64,000 nt of DNA from Chloroflexota bacterium (GTDB taxonomy: Bacteria; Chloroflexota; Dormibacteria; CF-121). Both the position numbers and the translations under genes were made by a program. A model generated the notes under the pieces. That model searched no databases, was not told the DNA's origin, and was given only the letters and a program-made list of their open reading frames with translations. Location: the NCBI GenBank assembly GCA_034666565.1, contig JAXDLN010000012.1, forward strand, positions 14,040 to 78,039, written 5' to 3'. Below are positions 28,737-39,953 of the stretch, piece by piece. How positions within the stretch are numbered: position 1 is the stretch's first letter; the number at the start of each line of letters is the position of its first letter.

Positions 28737-30904
28737 TGGCGGTCGCGATCAGGCGCGCCCAGCTCGAGGAAGTCGCGCTGAGCGAGGACGAGTACCGCGC
28801 CATCGTGCGCGCCATCGGCCGCGATCCGAACGACCTCGAGCTCGGCATGTTCGGCGCGCTCTGGAGCGAGCATTGCTCCTACAAGACCTCGAAGGCGCTG
28901 CTCCGCCAGCTACCCACCGAGGGTCCGGATGTGCTGCAGGGGCCGGGCGAGAACGCTGGGGCCGTCGATATCGGCGATGGACTCGCAGTGGTCTTCAAGA
29001 TCGAGTCGCACAATCACCCGTCGGCGATCGAGCCCTATCAGGGGGCGGCCACCGGTGTGGGCGGCATCCTCCGCGACGTGTTCGCCATGGGCGCCCGACC
29101 CATCGCGATCCTCGATGCGCTGCGCTTTGGTCCGCTCGATTCGGGACACAACCGCCATCTCTTCCACGGCGTGGTCGCCGGTATCGGTGGCTACGGCAAT
29201 TGCTTCGGTTGCCCCACGGTTGGCGGTGAGGTCCATTTCGACCCCGGCTACACCGACAACCCGATCGTCAACGCGATGTGCGTTGGCCTGGTCGCGCACG
29301 ACCGGTTGCGCCACGCCACTGCCGATCGAGCGGGTGAGATCGTGTTGCTGGTCGGTGCCGATACCGGCCGCGACGGCATTCACGGGGCGACCTTCGCCTC
29401 GGTGCAGATGGATGAGCGGTCGGCCGAGCGTCGTCCCGCCGTCCAGGTCGGCAATCCATTCCTGGAAAAGCTCCTGTGCGAGGCGTGCCTGCGGCTGAAC
29501 GAGCTCGACGGCGTAACCGCCATCCAGGATCTGGGTGCGGCCGGGCTGACCAGCGCCGCCAGCGAGCTCGCCCATCGTGGCCGCCGCGGGATCGACATCG
29601 ACGTGGACCGGATCAGCCGCCGGGAACAGGGCATGACCCCCTACGAGGTGATGCTGTCCGAGTCGCAGGAGCGGATGCTGGTCGTGGTGCGACCCGCTGC
29701 CGAGGCGTCGGCACGCGCGGTCTTCGACCATTTCGAGCTCCACGCCGACCGCATCGGGGTAGTGACCGGGACCGGGCGGATTCGGATTCGCGAGCGCGGC
29801 GTTTCGGTTGCCGACATCCCGCTGAAGGCGCTGGTGGACGGCGTTCCACTCCGGTCGCCGGTCGCGTCCTTTCCCGACAAGCAACCCACGGTGGTGATGC
29901 CGGCGGTCGAGGAGCCCGAGGCGATCCTGCTCGACCTGATCGCGAGCCCGAATCTGCGCAGCCGACGGCCGATCTATCGGACCTACGACCACCAGGTGCA
30001 GGACAACACCGTGTTCGGCCCGGGCTTCGATGCGGCCCTGCTGCGCGTGCCCGGAACCAACAAGGGCCTGGCCCTGACGACGGACGGCAATCCCTGGTAC
30101 GTCGCGCTCGACCCGTACGAAGGAACGAAGGCCGCCGTCGCCGAGGCCGCTCGCAACATCGTCTGCACCGGCGCCCGCCCGATCGCGGTGACCAACTGCC
30201 TGAACTTCGGCAACCCAGAGCGGCCTGTCATCTTCGGCCAGTTGCAGGAGAGTATCCGCGGCCTCGCGGACGCCTGCCGCGCGCTAGACCTGCCGGTGGT
30301 CAGCGGCAACGTCAGCCTCTACAACGAGACGAGCGAGCGGAACATCCCGCCGACGCCGGTGATCGGCATGGTCGGGCTGCTCGAGGACTTGTCCCTGCGA
30401 TGCCCTTCCGGATTCCAGGAGGACGGAGACCTCGTCTTTTTACTTGGCGAGACGCGTGAGGAGCTCGCCGGAAGTGCGTATTTGCGGCTGCTAGGCGCGC
30501 CCGCCGAAGGCCGCCCCCCGATGGTGAGTCTCGAGATGGAGCGTCGCTTGCAGGGCGCCATGCTCGATTCCATCGGCCGCGGGGTGATACGCTGCGCCCA
30601 CGATGTCTCCGACGGAGGCTTGCTGATCGCGCTGGCGGAAAGCGCTCTCTACGGTGGACACGGGCTACGTTGCCCGGGCATCGTCGGGCCGGTCAGCCGC
30701 GAGGCGTTCTTCTTCGGCGAGTCACAGGGGCGTGTGATCGTGAGCGTTGCCCCGCGGCGCGTGCCCGAGCTGCAGCAGCTGATGGCGAGCCATCACGTTC
30801 CGCTGTACGCCGTCGGCGTCGTTGGCGGCGAGGATTTCCAGGTGGGGTCGGATATCCGCCTTTCCCTCGACAGCTTGCGACAGGCATGGGAAACACCGTT
30901 TTGA
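28736..30904 (+). CDS. purL: FGAM synthase subunit PurL
   Basis: [37 protein letters not shown]; TGATG coupling. Confidence 0.96.
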   Translation: MAVAIRRAQLEEVALSEDEYRAIVRAIGRDPNDLELGMFGALWSEHCSYKTSKALLRQLPTEGPDVLQGPGENAGAVDIGDGLAVVFKIESHNHPSAIEPYQGAATGVGGILRDVFAMGARPIAILDALRFGPLDSGHNRHLFHGVVAGIGGYGNCFGCPTVGGEVHFDPGYTDNPIVNAMCVGLVAHDRLRHATADRAGEIVLLVGADTGRDGIHGATFASVQMDERSAERRPAVQVGNPFLEKLLCEACLRLNELDGVTAIQDLGAAGLTSAASELAHRGRRGIDIDVDRISRREQGMTPYEVMLSESQERMLVVVRPAAEASARAVFDHFELHADRIGVVTGTGRIRIRERGVSVADIPLKALVDGVPLRSPVASFPDKQPTVVMPAVEEPEAILLDLIASPNLRSRRPIYRTYDHQVQDNTVFGPGFDAALLRVPGTNKGLALTTDGNPWYVALDPYEGTKAAVAEAARNIVCTGARPIAVTNCLNFGNPERPVIFGQLQESIRGLADACRALDLPVVSGNVSLYNETSERNIPPTPVIGMVGLLEDLSLRCPSGFQEDGDLVFLLGETREELAGSAYLRLLGAPAEGRPPMVSLEMERRLQGAMLDSIGRGVIRCAHDVSDGGLLIALAESALYGGHGLRCPGIVGPVSREAFFFGESQGRVIVSVAPRRVPELQQLMASHHVPLYAVGVVGGEDFQVGSDIRLSLDSLRQAWETPF

Positions 30905-30918
30905 ACCGGCGCCATCCT

Positions 30919-32334
30919 ATGGCCGATGAGCGCATGCACGAGGAGTGTGGACTCTTTGGCATCGATGCGCCCGGCGAAGACGTCGCCAACCTGACGTATT
31001 TCGGGCTCTACGCCCTGCAGCACCGCGGGCAGGAGAGCGCCGGGATCGCCACCAGTGATGGCCAGACCATGCGGATGCACAAGGACATGGGCCTGGTTGC
31101 GCAGGCCTTCGACCAGGAGGCGCTGGAGCGCTTGACCGGCCACCTGGCGATGGGTCACACGCGATACTCCACCACCGGCTCGAACCGGTTGGAGAACGCG
31201 CAGCCCATTCTCGTCGAGCATCCGCAGCTCGGGACCATCGCGATCGCCCACAACGGCAACCTCACCAATGCGCAGGTGCTACGTGACGATCTCGAGCAGC
31301 ACGGCGTTCGCTTCAAGACGTCGAGCGACACCGAGGTGCTTGCCGAGTTGGTCGCGCACACCGGCGGCACTGACATCGTGGCGGTCTTGCGTCGCGCGCT
31401 GCCACGACTCCAGGGCGCGTACTGCCTGCTGTTTCTCACCAGGGACGCCCTGGTCGGCGTCCGCGACCCGCTCGGGATTCGGCCGCTGTGCCTGGGACGC
31501 CTGCCAGACGGCGGCGCCATCATCTCCTCTGAGACCTGCGCGCTCGATACCGTGGGCGCCGAGTTCGTTCGCGAGATCGAGCCGGGCGAGGCCGTCATCC
31601 TCGGTCGCGGCGAGCCGATCGCGGAGCAGCTGCTGTTGTCGCCGCGCAAGGCGATGTGCATGTTCGAGTTCATCTACTTCGCCCGCCCGGACTCGCGCCT
31701 GCAGGGGCAGTCGCTGTACGAGGCCCGTCGCAACATGGGTCGGGAACTGGCGCGGGAGGCGCCCGCGGACGCTGACATCGTCATCTCCCTCCCGGATTCA
31801 GGTACGCCGGCTGCCGTCGGCTACGCCGAGGCCAGCGGCATTCCCTACAGCGAGGGCTTGATCAAGAGCCGCTACATCACGCGGACCTTTATCCAGCCCA
31901 ACGAGCGGCTGCGCAACGTCGGTATCAAGCTGAAGTTCAATCCGCTGCGCGAGATTCTCGAAGGCAAGCGCGTGGTGCTGGTCGACGACTCGATCGTGCG
32001 CGGCACCACCAGCCGGAAGATCGTCGAAGAATTGCGCCGGGCCGGCACCAAAACGGTCCATTTTCGGGTGAGCAGCCCGCCCATCCAGTGGCCCTGTTTC
32101 ATGGGGATCGATATCGCCAGCCGTTCGGAGCTGATCGCCTCCGGTCGGAGCGTCGAAGAGGTCGAGCACCTGATCGGCGCCGACTCCCTGAAGTACCTGA
32201 GCAAGGCCGGGCTCTTCCGGGCGGTGAAAAACGTGAGCGGCTTTTGCATGGCGTGCTTCGACGGCGATTACCCGGTGCCGGTGCCGGTCCAGCTCGAGAT
32301 GGATAAGTTGGCGCTGGAGACGGTCGCCCGATGA
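30919..32334 (+). CDS. purF: Amidophosphoribosyltransferase
   Basis: HEECGLFG, LQHRGQE, HNGNL, VDDSIVRGTT. Alternative TTG start at 30901. Confidence 0.96.
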   Translation: MADERMHEECGLFGIDAPGEDVANLTYFGLYALQHRGQESAGIATSDGQTMRMHKDMGLVAQAFDQEALERLTGHLAMGHTRYSTTGSNRLENAQPILVEHPQLGTIAIAHNGNLTNAQVLRDDLEQHGVRFKTSSDTEVLAELVAHTGGTDIVAVLRRALPRLQGAYCLLFLTRDALVGVRDPLGIRPLCLGRLPDGGAIISSETCALDTVGAEFVREIEPGEAVILGRGEPIAEQLLLSPRKAMCMFEFIYFARPDSRLQGQSLYEARRNMGRELAREAPADADIVISLPDSGTPAAVGYAEASGIPYSEGLIKSRYITRTFIQPNERLRNVGIKLKFNPLREILEGKRVVLVDDSIVRGTTSRKIVEELRRAGTKTVHFRVSSPPIQWPCFMGIDIASRSELIASGRSVEEVEHLIGADSLKYLSKAGLFRAVKNVSGFCMACFDGDYPVPVPVQLEMDKLALETVAR

Positions 32335-33338
32335 CGACCTACCGCGATTCCGGCGTCGATATCGAAGCCGGCAATCGCACCGTTGAGCTGATCCGCCCGC
32401 TGGCGGCCGCCACCCAGGGCCCGCAGGTGCTGGCCGGGGTCGGTCCCTTCAGCGGGCTCTTTGCCCTGGACACCAATCGCTACCGTGAGCCGGTGCTGGT
32501 GGCGAGCACCGATGGGGTCGGGACCAAGGTGCTGCTGGCGAGCGGCGCGGGCCGTCACGCCCAGATCGGCGCCGATCTGGTGAATCACTGCGTCAACGAC
32601 GTGCTGACGGCGGGCGCCGAGCCGCTCTTTTTCCTCGACTATGTCGCGACCGGGGTCCTCGATCCTCCGGTTGTCGCCGAGCTCGTCTCCGGGATGGCGG
32701 ATGCCTGCCGCCAGGTCAACTGCGCGCTGCTCGGCGGCGAAACCGCGGAGATGCCGGGCGTGTATCAACCGACCACCTACGACATTGCCGGCTTCATGGT
32801 CGGTGTCTGCGAGCGGGACGCGATCATCGATGGCACCGCGATTCGCGAAGGCGACGCCCTGCTGGCGTTACCCTCGACTGGTCTCCACACCAACGGCTAC
32901 AGCCTGGCCCGCCGGGTGATCCCGCGCCAGGCGCTTAGCCAGACGATCCCCGGCAATGGTCACACCGTCCTCGATGCGCTCCTGGCGCCACACCGCGCCT
33001 ATCTCGATCCGGTACGGCGGCTGCGCGAAGTCGTCGAGATCAAGGGCCTGGCCCACATCACCGGCGGCGGTGTCGTCGGCAACTTGCCGCGCATCCTCCC
33101 GGTCGGACTCGGGGCCCGGATTCAGCGTGGCACCTGGCCCGAGCCCGCCATCTTCTCCTACCTCGCGCCCTTTACGCCCGACGAGGAGATGTGGCGTACC
33201 TTCAACATGGGACTCGGGATGATCGTCGTGGTCGATGAGGCCAGTGCCGCGACCGCCCTGCGCCTGCTCGAGGGAGAGATCTTCGTAGTCGGCGATATCG
33301 TGGCGTCCGAGCGGCGACGTGTTCAGATCCTAGAGTGA
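32331..33338 (+). CDS. purM: AIR synthetase
   Basis: YRDSGVDI, TDGVGTK, GGETAEMPG, HITGGG, FNMG.G. Confidence 0.96.
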   Translation: MTTYRDSGVDIEAGNRTVELIRPLAAATQGPQVLAGVGPFSGLFALDTNRYREPVLVASTDGVGTKVLLASGAGRHAQIGADLVNHCVNDVLTAGAEPLFFLDYVATGVLDPPVVAELVSGMADACRQVNCALLGGETAEMPGVYQPTTYDIAGFMVGVCERDAIIDGTAIREGDALLALPSTGLHTNGYSLARRVIPRQALSQTIPGNGHTVLDALLAPHRAYLDPVRRLREVVEIKGLAHITGGGVVGNLPRILPVGLGARIQRGTWPEPAIFSYLAPFTPDEEMWRTFNMGLGMIVVVDEASAATALRLLEGEIFVVGDIVASERRRVQILE

Positions 33339-33925
33339 GCCGGCTCCGGGTTGGCGTCCTGGTTTCCGGCCGGGGCAGCAACCTGCAGGCGCTGATCGAG
33401 GCGGGGAAAGATCCCATGTACCCGGCACGGGTCGTGATGGTCTGCGCCAACCGGGATTGCGCGGCCCTCGAGCTGGCCAAGAAGGCGAGCGTTTCGCGCG
33501 AGGTTTTTCGGCTGGCCAATTTCCCCGACCGGAAGGCGCGTGATCTCGCGATGGGCAAGACACTTCGAATGCATGACGTGGAATTGGTGGTCTGCGCCGG
33601 GTACGATGCCATCCTGGAGCGCGTCTTCATCCGCCAATTCGAGGGCCGGATCGTCAACATCCATCCATCGCTGCTCCCCGATTTCGCGGGCACCATGGAC
33701 GCTGTCGCTATGGCGCTGCAAGCCGGCGTCAAGGAAACCGGCTGCACCGTACACCTTGTGACCGATGATGTGGACCAGGGCCCGATCCTCGCCCAGCGGC
33801 GCGTCGAGGTCCGGCCGGACGATACGGTCGAGAGCCTGCGCGAACGGATCCAGGCCGAAGAACATGCACTGCTGCCGGTGGTGGTCAAGCGCCTGGCCGG
33901 CCAACCTCTGCCGCTGACGCTGTGA
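33335..33925 (+). CDS. purN: GAR transformylase
   Basis: SGRGSNLQA, NIHPSLLP, GCTVH.V..VD.GP. Confidence 0.95.
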   Translation: MSRLRVGVLVSGRGSNLQALIEAGKDPMYPARVVMVCANRDCAALELAKKASVSREVFRLANFPDRKARDLAMGKTLRMHDVELVVCAGYDAILERVFIRQFEGRIVNIHPSLLPDFAGTMDAVAMALQAGVKETGCTVHLVTDDVDQGPILAQRRVEVRPDDTVESLRERIQAEEHALLPVVVKRLAGQPLPLTL

Positions 33926-35442
33926 ACGCCCTCCTCAGCGTCTCCGATAAAAACGGACTGGTCGATTTCGCTCGCGGGCTCGACCAGCTCGGCGTGACGA
34001 TGTACGCCACCGGCGGCACCGAGCGTGCCCTGCGCGAGGCCGGAATTCCCGTGCGCGCGCTGCAGGAACTCACCGGGGTCCCGGAGATGCTGGATGGACG
34101 GGTAAAGACCCTGCATCCCAACGTCCACGCCGGCATCCTGGCGCGCCGTGATGAGCCACGCCACCTCCAGGAACTTGCCGATCGCGAGTTGAAGCTGATC
34201 GACCTGGTCGTCGTCAACCTCTACCCGTTCGTCGAGACCGTCTCGTCCGGCGCCGGTCGGGCCGAAGCCATCGAATCGATCGACATCGGGGGCGTGACGT
34301 TGCTGCGGGCCGCGGCCAAGAATCACGATCATGTCCTGCCGGTGGTGCGACCCGGTGACTACCCCGTCGTCCTCCAGGCTCTCAAAGACCCGGCAGGAAT
34401 CCCAGCATCGCTGCGGCGCCACCTCGCCGCAGTGGCCTTCGCCCACACCGCCGCCTACGATGCGGCCATCGGCGAGCACCTTCGGGAACCGCACGTGCAG
34501 AAAACGCTGCCGGAGGACTTCACCCTCGGCGGCCGCAAGTTGCGCGACCTCCGGTATGGCGAGAATCCGCACCAGTCGGCGGCGCTCTATCGGACCGCCG
34601 AGGGGGGCGGGATCGGGGGTGCGAAGCAGTGGCAGGGACTCGAGCTCTCCTACAACAACCTCCTCGATGCCCAGGCGGCCTGGTCGCTGGTTGGGGACTT
34701 TCCAAGCGTTGCCGTGGCCATCATCAAACACGCCAACCCATGCGGCGTGGCGGTCAGCACCGATGCGGCCGAGGCATTCGACCGGGCCCTCGCCAGCGAC
34801 CGCCGGTCGGCCTTCGGTGGCATCGTCGCCTTCAACCGGCCTGTCGATGCGACCGTCGCAAGAAACCTGGTCGAGGTCTTCCTCGAGGTCGTGGTCGCGC
34901 CGTCGTTCGACGAGGCGGCGCTCGAGCTCTTCAAGGCGAAGCCGAAACTGCGGGTGCTGCAGCCGGGGCCAGGATCGTCGCAGCTTGCCCTGGACATTCG
35001 CCCAATCACCGGTGGTTTCCTGGTCCAGACGGCCGATCACACCGGTGATACGCTGGGCGACGCCCGTGTCGTGACGGCCAGGACTCCCGATGACGCAACC
35101 ATGAAAGACCTGCAATTCGCCTGGACGGTGGCCAAGCACGTGCGGTCGAACGCCATCGTGCTGGCGCATCAAGGCGCGACGGTTGGCGTCGGTGCGGGCC
35201 AGATGAGCCGGGTCGAGGCGGTCGAGCTGGCCGTGCACCGGGCCGGCCCACGCGCGGCGGGATCGGTGCTCGCCAGCGATGGTTTCTTTCCCTATCCGGA
35301 CGGCGTCGAGGTCGCGGCGCGCGCGGGGGTTCGGGCGATCGTTCAGCCGGGCGGCTCGGTGAAGGACAGCGAGGCCATCGCCGCCGCGGATGCCGCCGGG
35401 GTTTCGATGGTCCTCACGGGCGAGCGCCACTTCAAGCACTGA
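33922..35442 (+). CDS. purH: Bifunctional AICAR transformylase/IMP cyclohydrolase
   Basis: SVSDK, GRVKTLHP, IDIGG, LRYGENPHQ, KHANPCG, RHFKH. Confidence 0.96.
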   Translation: MNALLSVSDKNGLVDFARGLDQLGVTMYATGGTERALREAGIPVRALQELTGVPEMLDGRVKTLHPNVHAGILARRDEPRHLQELADRELKLIDLVVVNLYPFVETVSSGAGRAEAIESIDIGGVTLLRAAAKNHDHVLPVVRPGDYPVVLQALKDPAGIPASLRRHLAAVAFAHTAAYDAAIGEHLREPHVQKTLPEDFTLGGRKLRDLRYGENPHQSAALYRTAEGGGIGGAKQWQGLELSYNNLLDAQAAWSLVGDFPSVAVAIIKHANPCGVAVSTDAAEAFDRALASDRRSAFGGIVAFNRPVDATVARNLVEVFLEVVVAPSFDEAALELFKAKPKLRVLQPGPGSSQLALDIRPITGGFLVQTADHTGDTLGDARVVTARTPDDATMKDLQFAWTVAKHVRSNAIVLAHQGATVGVGAGQMSRVEAVELAVHRAGPRAAGSVLASDGFFPYPDGVEVAARAGVRAIVQPGGSVKDSEAIAAADAAGVSMVLTGERHFKH

Positions 35443-36578
35443 TGGCCAAGCCCGAGGCGACCCACCGGATCTCGACCAGCCCGGATGTTTCGCTCGACGA
35501 GCTGCAACTGGCGGTGAGGAATCACTCATTGCCACTCGAGGCGCTGCGGTATCCGATCACCCCGATCGGTCTCCACTACCTGCTGATCCATTTCGACATT
35601 CCGCGCATTGATCCCTCCGAGTGGCAGCTGGTGGTCGGGGGTCACGTGCGCGCCCCTCTCACCATGACGCTCGACGACGTTATGCGACGGCCGGCGGTGA
35701 CCCGGGCGGTGACGATGGAATGCGCCGGGAACGGCCGGGCCAACCTTTCGCCTCGCCCACTCAGCCAACCCTGGCTGTTCGAGGCCGTTGGGACGGCTGA
35801 ATGGACGGGCACGCCGTTGCGGCCGCTGTTAGAGGCCGCCGGACCTCTCGACGGCGCCGTTGATGTCGTGTTCACCGGGTTGGACCGGGGTGTTCAGGGT
35901 GGCATCGAGCAGCAGTACGAGCGCAGCCTGACGGTGGCGGAGGCCACTCGTGAAGAGGTCTTCCTCGCCTATGCGATCAACGGGCAACCGCTGCCGCCCC
36001 AACACGGGTTCCCGCTACGCCTGGTGGTCCCTGGGTGGTACGGCATGACCCACGTCAAATGGCTGCGGTCGATCACGGTGGTGAGCCGCCCGTTCCGTGG
36101 ATATCAACAGGAACCCGCCTATCACGTCACCAGCACCTGGGATGAGTTGGGTGAGCCCGTGACCCGAATGCTGCCCCGCTCGCTGATGGTGCCACCGGGC
36201 ATCCCCGATTTTCTGCCACGCACGCGCCAGGTCCACGTCGGAGCATGCATCCTCGAAGGTCGGGCGTGGTCGGGCCATGGGCCCATCGTTCGTGTAGAAG
36301 TCAGCACCGATAGCGGCCACTCTTGGGTCGATGCCGAGCTTGGCCGAGACGGCGGGGAGTTCGCCTGGCAATCATGGCGCCACGTGTGGGACGCCGACCA
36401 GGCGGGTGAGTTCGAGCTGTGCTGCCGAGCGACGGACGCGGCGGGGAACGTGCAACCGTTGTCCGCGCCATGGAACGCACACGGCGTCTGCAACAACCAG
36501 GTGCAGCGCATCAAGGTGGTCGTGGGAGACCAACTGGCGCCCGTCCAGCCGCCGGCCGACGGCCTCGAGACGAACTGA
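35442..36578 (+). CDS. Sulfite oxidase-family molybdopterin oxidoreductase (no Tat signal seen)
   Basis: MECAGNGR, HGFPLRLVVPGWYG..VKWL, GRAWSG...VEVSTD. Confidence 0.9.
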   Translation: MAKPEATHRISTSPDVSLDELQLAVRNHSLPLEALRYPITPIGLHYLLIHFDIPRIDPSEWQLVVGGHVRAPLTMTLDDVMRRPAVTRAVTMECAGNGRANLSPRPLSQPWLFEAVGTAEWTGTPLRPLLEAAGPLDGAVDVVFTGLDRGVQGGIEQQYERSLTVAEATREEVFLAYAINGQPLPPQHGFPLRLVVPGWYGMTHVKWLRSITVVSRPFRGYQQEPAYHVTSTWDELGEPVTRMLPRSLMVPPGIPDFLPRTRQVHVGACILEGRAWSGHGPIVRVEVSTDSGHSWVDAELGRDGGEFAWQSWRHVWDADQAGEFELCCRATDAAGNVQPLSAPWNAHGVCNNQVQRIKVVVGDQLAPVQPPADGLETN

Positions 36579-36590
36579 TAACCTTTTAGC

Positions 36591-36716
36591 GGTCTTCGGG
36601 GCAGGGGTGTAACTCCCTGATCGGCGGTAAAGCCCGCGAGCGCCCTACGGCGCATGACCCGGTGAAGGCGTAAGCCCACTCCGGGGCCGACCGTACAGTC
36701 GGGATGAAAGAAGGCC
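36591..36716 (+). ncRNA. FMN riboswitch (RFN element)
   Basis: GGTCTTCGGGGCAGGG..GTAACTCCC..GGCGGTAAAGCCCGCGAGC...CCGGTGA..TCCGGGGCCGACCGTACAGTCGGGATGAAAGAAGGCC; P1 ends pair (GGTCTTC/GAAGGCC). Confidence 0.92.
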
Positions 36717-36775
36717 CTCGGCGCGCATCTGCCATGCGCCCGGTTGCAGCCCCGGCGGCCAAAGGAGTAATGACG

Positions 36776-37774
36776 ATGGCCGTCCCGACGATAAAGTCAC
36801 AACCGGCAGCGCAGGCTCGCCGGGCTGGCCTCATCGACCGCTTCTCGGTGGTGCTGGTCGCCGTGGCGGCGACGATGTGGGCCTCGGACACCTACTTCCG
36901 CGCGCAGCTCGTCGGTCATCTGAGGCCGGCGCAGATTGTCGTCATCGAGGACGCGTTGATCAGCCTGTTCCTGCTCGCCTTCCTCCTGCGCGGCATCCCG
37001 GAGCTGCGCCGGCTGGATCGGCGCGGTTGGATCGCGATCGTCCTGATCGCCGTCGGTCCCCAGGCGATCGCCACCATCCTGTTCACCAAGTCGTTCTCCT
37101 ATGGCCACTACGCTGAGACTTTCGTGCTCCAGCAGACGCAGCCGGTGATCGCCATCCTGCTCGCGTGGCTGATCCTTGGGGAGCGCCGCCGTCCCTGGTT
37201 CTGGCCGACCGCGGCGCTGGCCATCGTTGGCGTCTACATGGTGGTCTTCGCGCAAAACCTCGCGGCTCCGTTCTCCGACCTGCAACATGGCCGGCTCGAG
37301 GCCGGACTCTATGCGCTCGGTGCGGCGGCGCTCTGGGCGAGTGGGACCGTGCTCGGCCGCTTCGTGCTCGGCAAGCTGAGCTTCACCACGACGACGGCAC
37401 TGCGATTCACGCTGGCGCTCCCAGTCCTTATCTTCATCGTGCTTCTCCAATACGGGGGGTCAGCCTTCGCGCACTACCAATCGTCAGACGTCCTGCCTTT
37501 CCTTGGGATCGCGCTCATCCCCGGGTTCCTCGCGCTTCTTCTCTATTACCGGGCGCTGCGCAGCACGCCGGCGACCTTGGCGACCATCGCCGAGATGGCC
37601 TTTCCAGTGGCGGCGACGTTCATCGCCTCAGCGCCACCTCCGTATGGCTTCAACCAGCCTCTCTATCCGCCCCAGTTCATCGGCACCGGGCTTTTGCTCG
37701 TCGTGATCCTGATCCTCAACTACACCAAGGAGCGCACCCCTCCGGTCGTTGTCCAGGAGAACGCGGCCGCCTAG
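36776..37774 (+). CDS. EamA/DMT family transporter, probable riboflavin transporter
   Basis: About 10 TM helices, LQQTQP..LLAWLILGER, two-repeat EamA layout; AAAGGAG RBS; downstream of the FMN riboswitch. Confidence 0.85.
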   Translation: MAVPTIKSQPAAQARRAGLIDRFSVVLVAVAATMWASDTYFRAQLVGHLRPAQIVVIEDALISLFLLAFLLRGIPELRRLDRRGWIAIVLIAVGPQAIATILFTKSFSYGHYAETFVLQQTQPVIAILLAWLILGERRRPWFWPTAALAIVGVYMVVFAQNLAAPFSDLQHGRLEAGLYALGAAALWASGTVLGRFVLGKLSFTTTTALRFTLALPVLIFIVLLQYGGSAFAHYQSSDVLPFLGIALIPGFLALLLYYRALRSTPATLATIAEMAFPVAATFIASAPPPYGFNQPLYPPQFIGTGLLLVVILILNYTKERTPPVVVQENAAA

Positions 37775-38127
37775 CTCGCGGATCCGCCGCCGCGGGTCAC
37801 GACCCGGACCAGACTGGCGAGTCCCCATCCGATCAAAAGGTAGATGACGATGGCGACCACAGATTCGGGCTCGAAGACATTGCGTCCGTTGGCCGCCGTG
37901 TTAAAGATCCCATGGAAGGGCGCGACGAACAACTGCGTCAGGTCGTAGATGAACGTTACGAAGCTGGCCTGGGTCGAAGCGGCCAGCAGCTTGAACGCGA
38001 AACGAATGATCAGAAGCGCGGTGACAATTCCGGTCAGTAGCCAGACGGCCTGCTCGGCCCGCAGGCTGTACATCGGTCGAACGGTCGTCGTCTCGGTTGT
38101 CATGCTGTTTCCACTTGCTGCTTGCAT
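37771..38127 (-). CDS. YggT-like small membrane protein
   Basis: LLIIRF..KLL.A.....FV.FIY.LT..FVAPF.GIF motif. Confidence 0.7.
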   Translation of the reverse strand: MQAASGNSMTTETTTVRPMYSLRAEQAVWLLTGIVTALLIIRFAFKLLAASTQASFVTFIYDLTQLFVAPFHGIFNTAANGRNVFEPESVVAIVIYLLIGWGLASLVRVVTRGGGSAS

Positions 38128-38237
38128 CGCCTCCAGTCTTACGGACGAGCGGGCTGGTTACCTCCTGCAAATGCAGGATGCGGGCTTCAAAGTCCGACAC
38201 GCAGCTGTCGCAAAGCGGTGCCATAATGCGGGCGGCT

Positions 38238-39953
38238 TTGAAGAAGGAACGCCGGAACTGGATCCTCCCCGAGCCACTTCGGGCTCAACCAGGACTGGAG
38301 GCCTTCTCCCCGGTGTTCCGGCAGATCCTGCACGGGCGCGGGGTCGTGCGCAAGGCCCAGCTCGATCCTTGGCTGCAGACGGACCTCGATCGAGCGCCCG
38401 ATCCTTTTCTCCTCAAAGACATGGCGGTCGCCTGCGACCTGATCGCTGAGGCGATTGCCGGCGGCCACCGCATCGCGGTCTATGGCGACTACGACGCCGA
38501 TGGCGTCACCGCCTGCGTCACGCTGGCCCGCGGCCTGCGCTCCGTAGGCGCCGATGTCATCACCTATATTCCCAACCGCTTCACCGAAGGCTACGGCCTG
38601 AATGCGGAGGCGCTCAACGATCTGCACGCGCGCGGCGCGCGGCTCGTCATCACCTGCGACTGCGGGACCAACTCGGTCGACGCCGCCGCAGGGCGGCCAC
38701 GCGGGATGCGACTGATTGTCACCGATCACCACGAGATAGGCGCGCAGCGGCCCGCGGTCGATGCCCTGATCAATCCCAAGCAGCCGGAGTGCGCCTATCC
38801 CTTCGACGGACTTGCAGCTTGCGGAGTCGCCTACAAGCTCCTGGTCGCACTCGAGCGGCGGGCGTTCCCCGGAGCGCTCGACCCCGGCGCGTCCCTCGAC
38901 GCCGTAGCGCTCGGCACCGTCGCCGACGTGGTGCCCTTGCATGCGGAGAACCGGGCCATCGTGCGCGCCGGGCTGCGCCGCCTGAGCGAGAACCCGAGTC
39001 CGGGCTGCGCGGCGTTGCTCGCCGTTGCAAACATCAGCGCACCGGTCACGGCGGAGCACCTTGCTTTTCAGCTCGGGCCGCGCATCAACGCCGCCGGGCG
39101 GATGGAAGATGCGATGCTCGCGCTGCAGTTGCTGATGGCCGAGACGCGAGAAGAGGCAGATCCCCTCGCCCAGCGGCTCCAGGAGCAGAATGCCCAGCGC
39201 CAGCAGGCGACCACGGAAATCGTTCGCGAGGCGCGTGCCCAGGTGATGGAGCTCGATAACGCTGCGGCCGTGATCGTGATGGGCGCAAACCATTGGCCGC
39301 TGGGCGTCCTCGGGCTCGCGGCCAGCCGGCTGGTCGAAGAATTCTACCGCCCGACGTTTGTCTTCAACACCGAAGCGGATGAGTGGCGGGGATCAGCACG
39401 GAGCATCGAGGGCTTTCACCTGGTGGACTGCCTGCAGCATTGCGCCCCGCTGCTCCATCGATTCGGCGGGCATGCGATGGCGGCGGGCCTCACGGTTCTC
39501 GCGAGTCGCTTTGGTGAGCTGAAGGAGAGCCTGGAGCAGTACACGGCGACGCGACTCAATGGCGACGCCTTCTCCCGACCGATCACGGTCGAGGCATCGG
39601 CCGCCTTCGCCGATCTCAAGCCGAGCCTCCACCAGGAGATTCAGGCGCTGGCACCATTTGGCGTCGGCAATCGGGAGCCGCTGCTGCTGAGCCGCGAAGT
39701 CGAGGTGGTGCGGGCCGAGACCTTCGGCGGTGATCGCCGCCACCTGCGCCTGCAGCTGCGCGACCGCACCGCCACGGCGGAAGCCATCGCCTTCGACAAG
39801 GCCACCGCCGCCCCGCATCTGCCGCGCGGCCGGCGAATCGATGTCGTGTACGCGCTGCAGTGCGAGCGCTGGGACGGCCTCGATCGAGTCCGATTGCATC
39901 TCAAGGATCTCCGACCGGCGGTGCAGCCCGCCCTCGTCCTTGCCGGCGTGTAA
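38238..39953 (+). CDS. recJ: Single-stranded-DNA-specific exonuclease RecJ
   Basis: GDYDADG, DCGT, TDHH, GTVADVV, PRINAAGR, GSARS, GGHAMAAG. Start is TTG 38238 or ATG 38226. Confidence 0.95.
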   Translation: MKKERRNWILPEPLRAQPGLEAFSPVFRQILHGRGVVRKAQLDPWLQTDLDRAPDPFLLKDMAVACDLIAEAIAGGHRIAVYGDYDADGVTACVTLARGLRSVGADVITYIPNRFTEGYGLNAEALNDLHARGARLVITCDCGTNSVDAAAGRPRGMRLIVTDHHEIGAQRPAVDALINPKQPECAYPFDGLAACGVAYKLLVALERRAFPGALDPGASLDAVALGTVADVVPLHAENRAIVRAGLRRLSENPSPGCAALLAVANISAPVTAEHLAFQLGPRINAAGRMEDAMLALQLLMAETREEADPLAQRLQEQNAQRQQATTEIVREARAQVMELDNAAAVIVMGANHWPLGVLGLAASRLVEEFYRPTFVFNTEADEWRGSARSIEGFHLVDCLQHCAPLLHRFGGHAMAAGLTVLASRFGELKESLEQYTATRLNGDAFSRPITVEASAAFADLKPSLHQEIQALAPFGVGNREPLLLSREVEVVRAETFGGDRRHLRLQLRDRTATAEAIAFDKATAAPHLPRGRRIDVVYALQCERWDGLDRVRLHLKDLRPAVQPALVLAGV

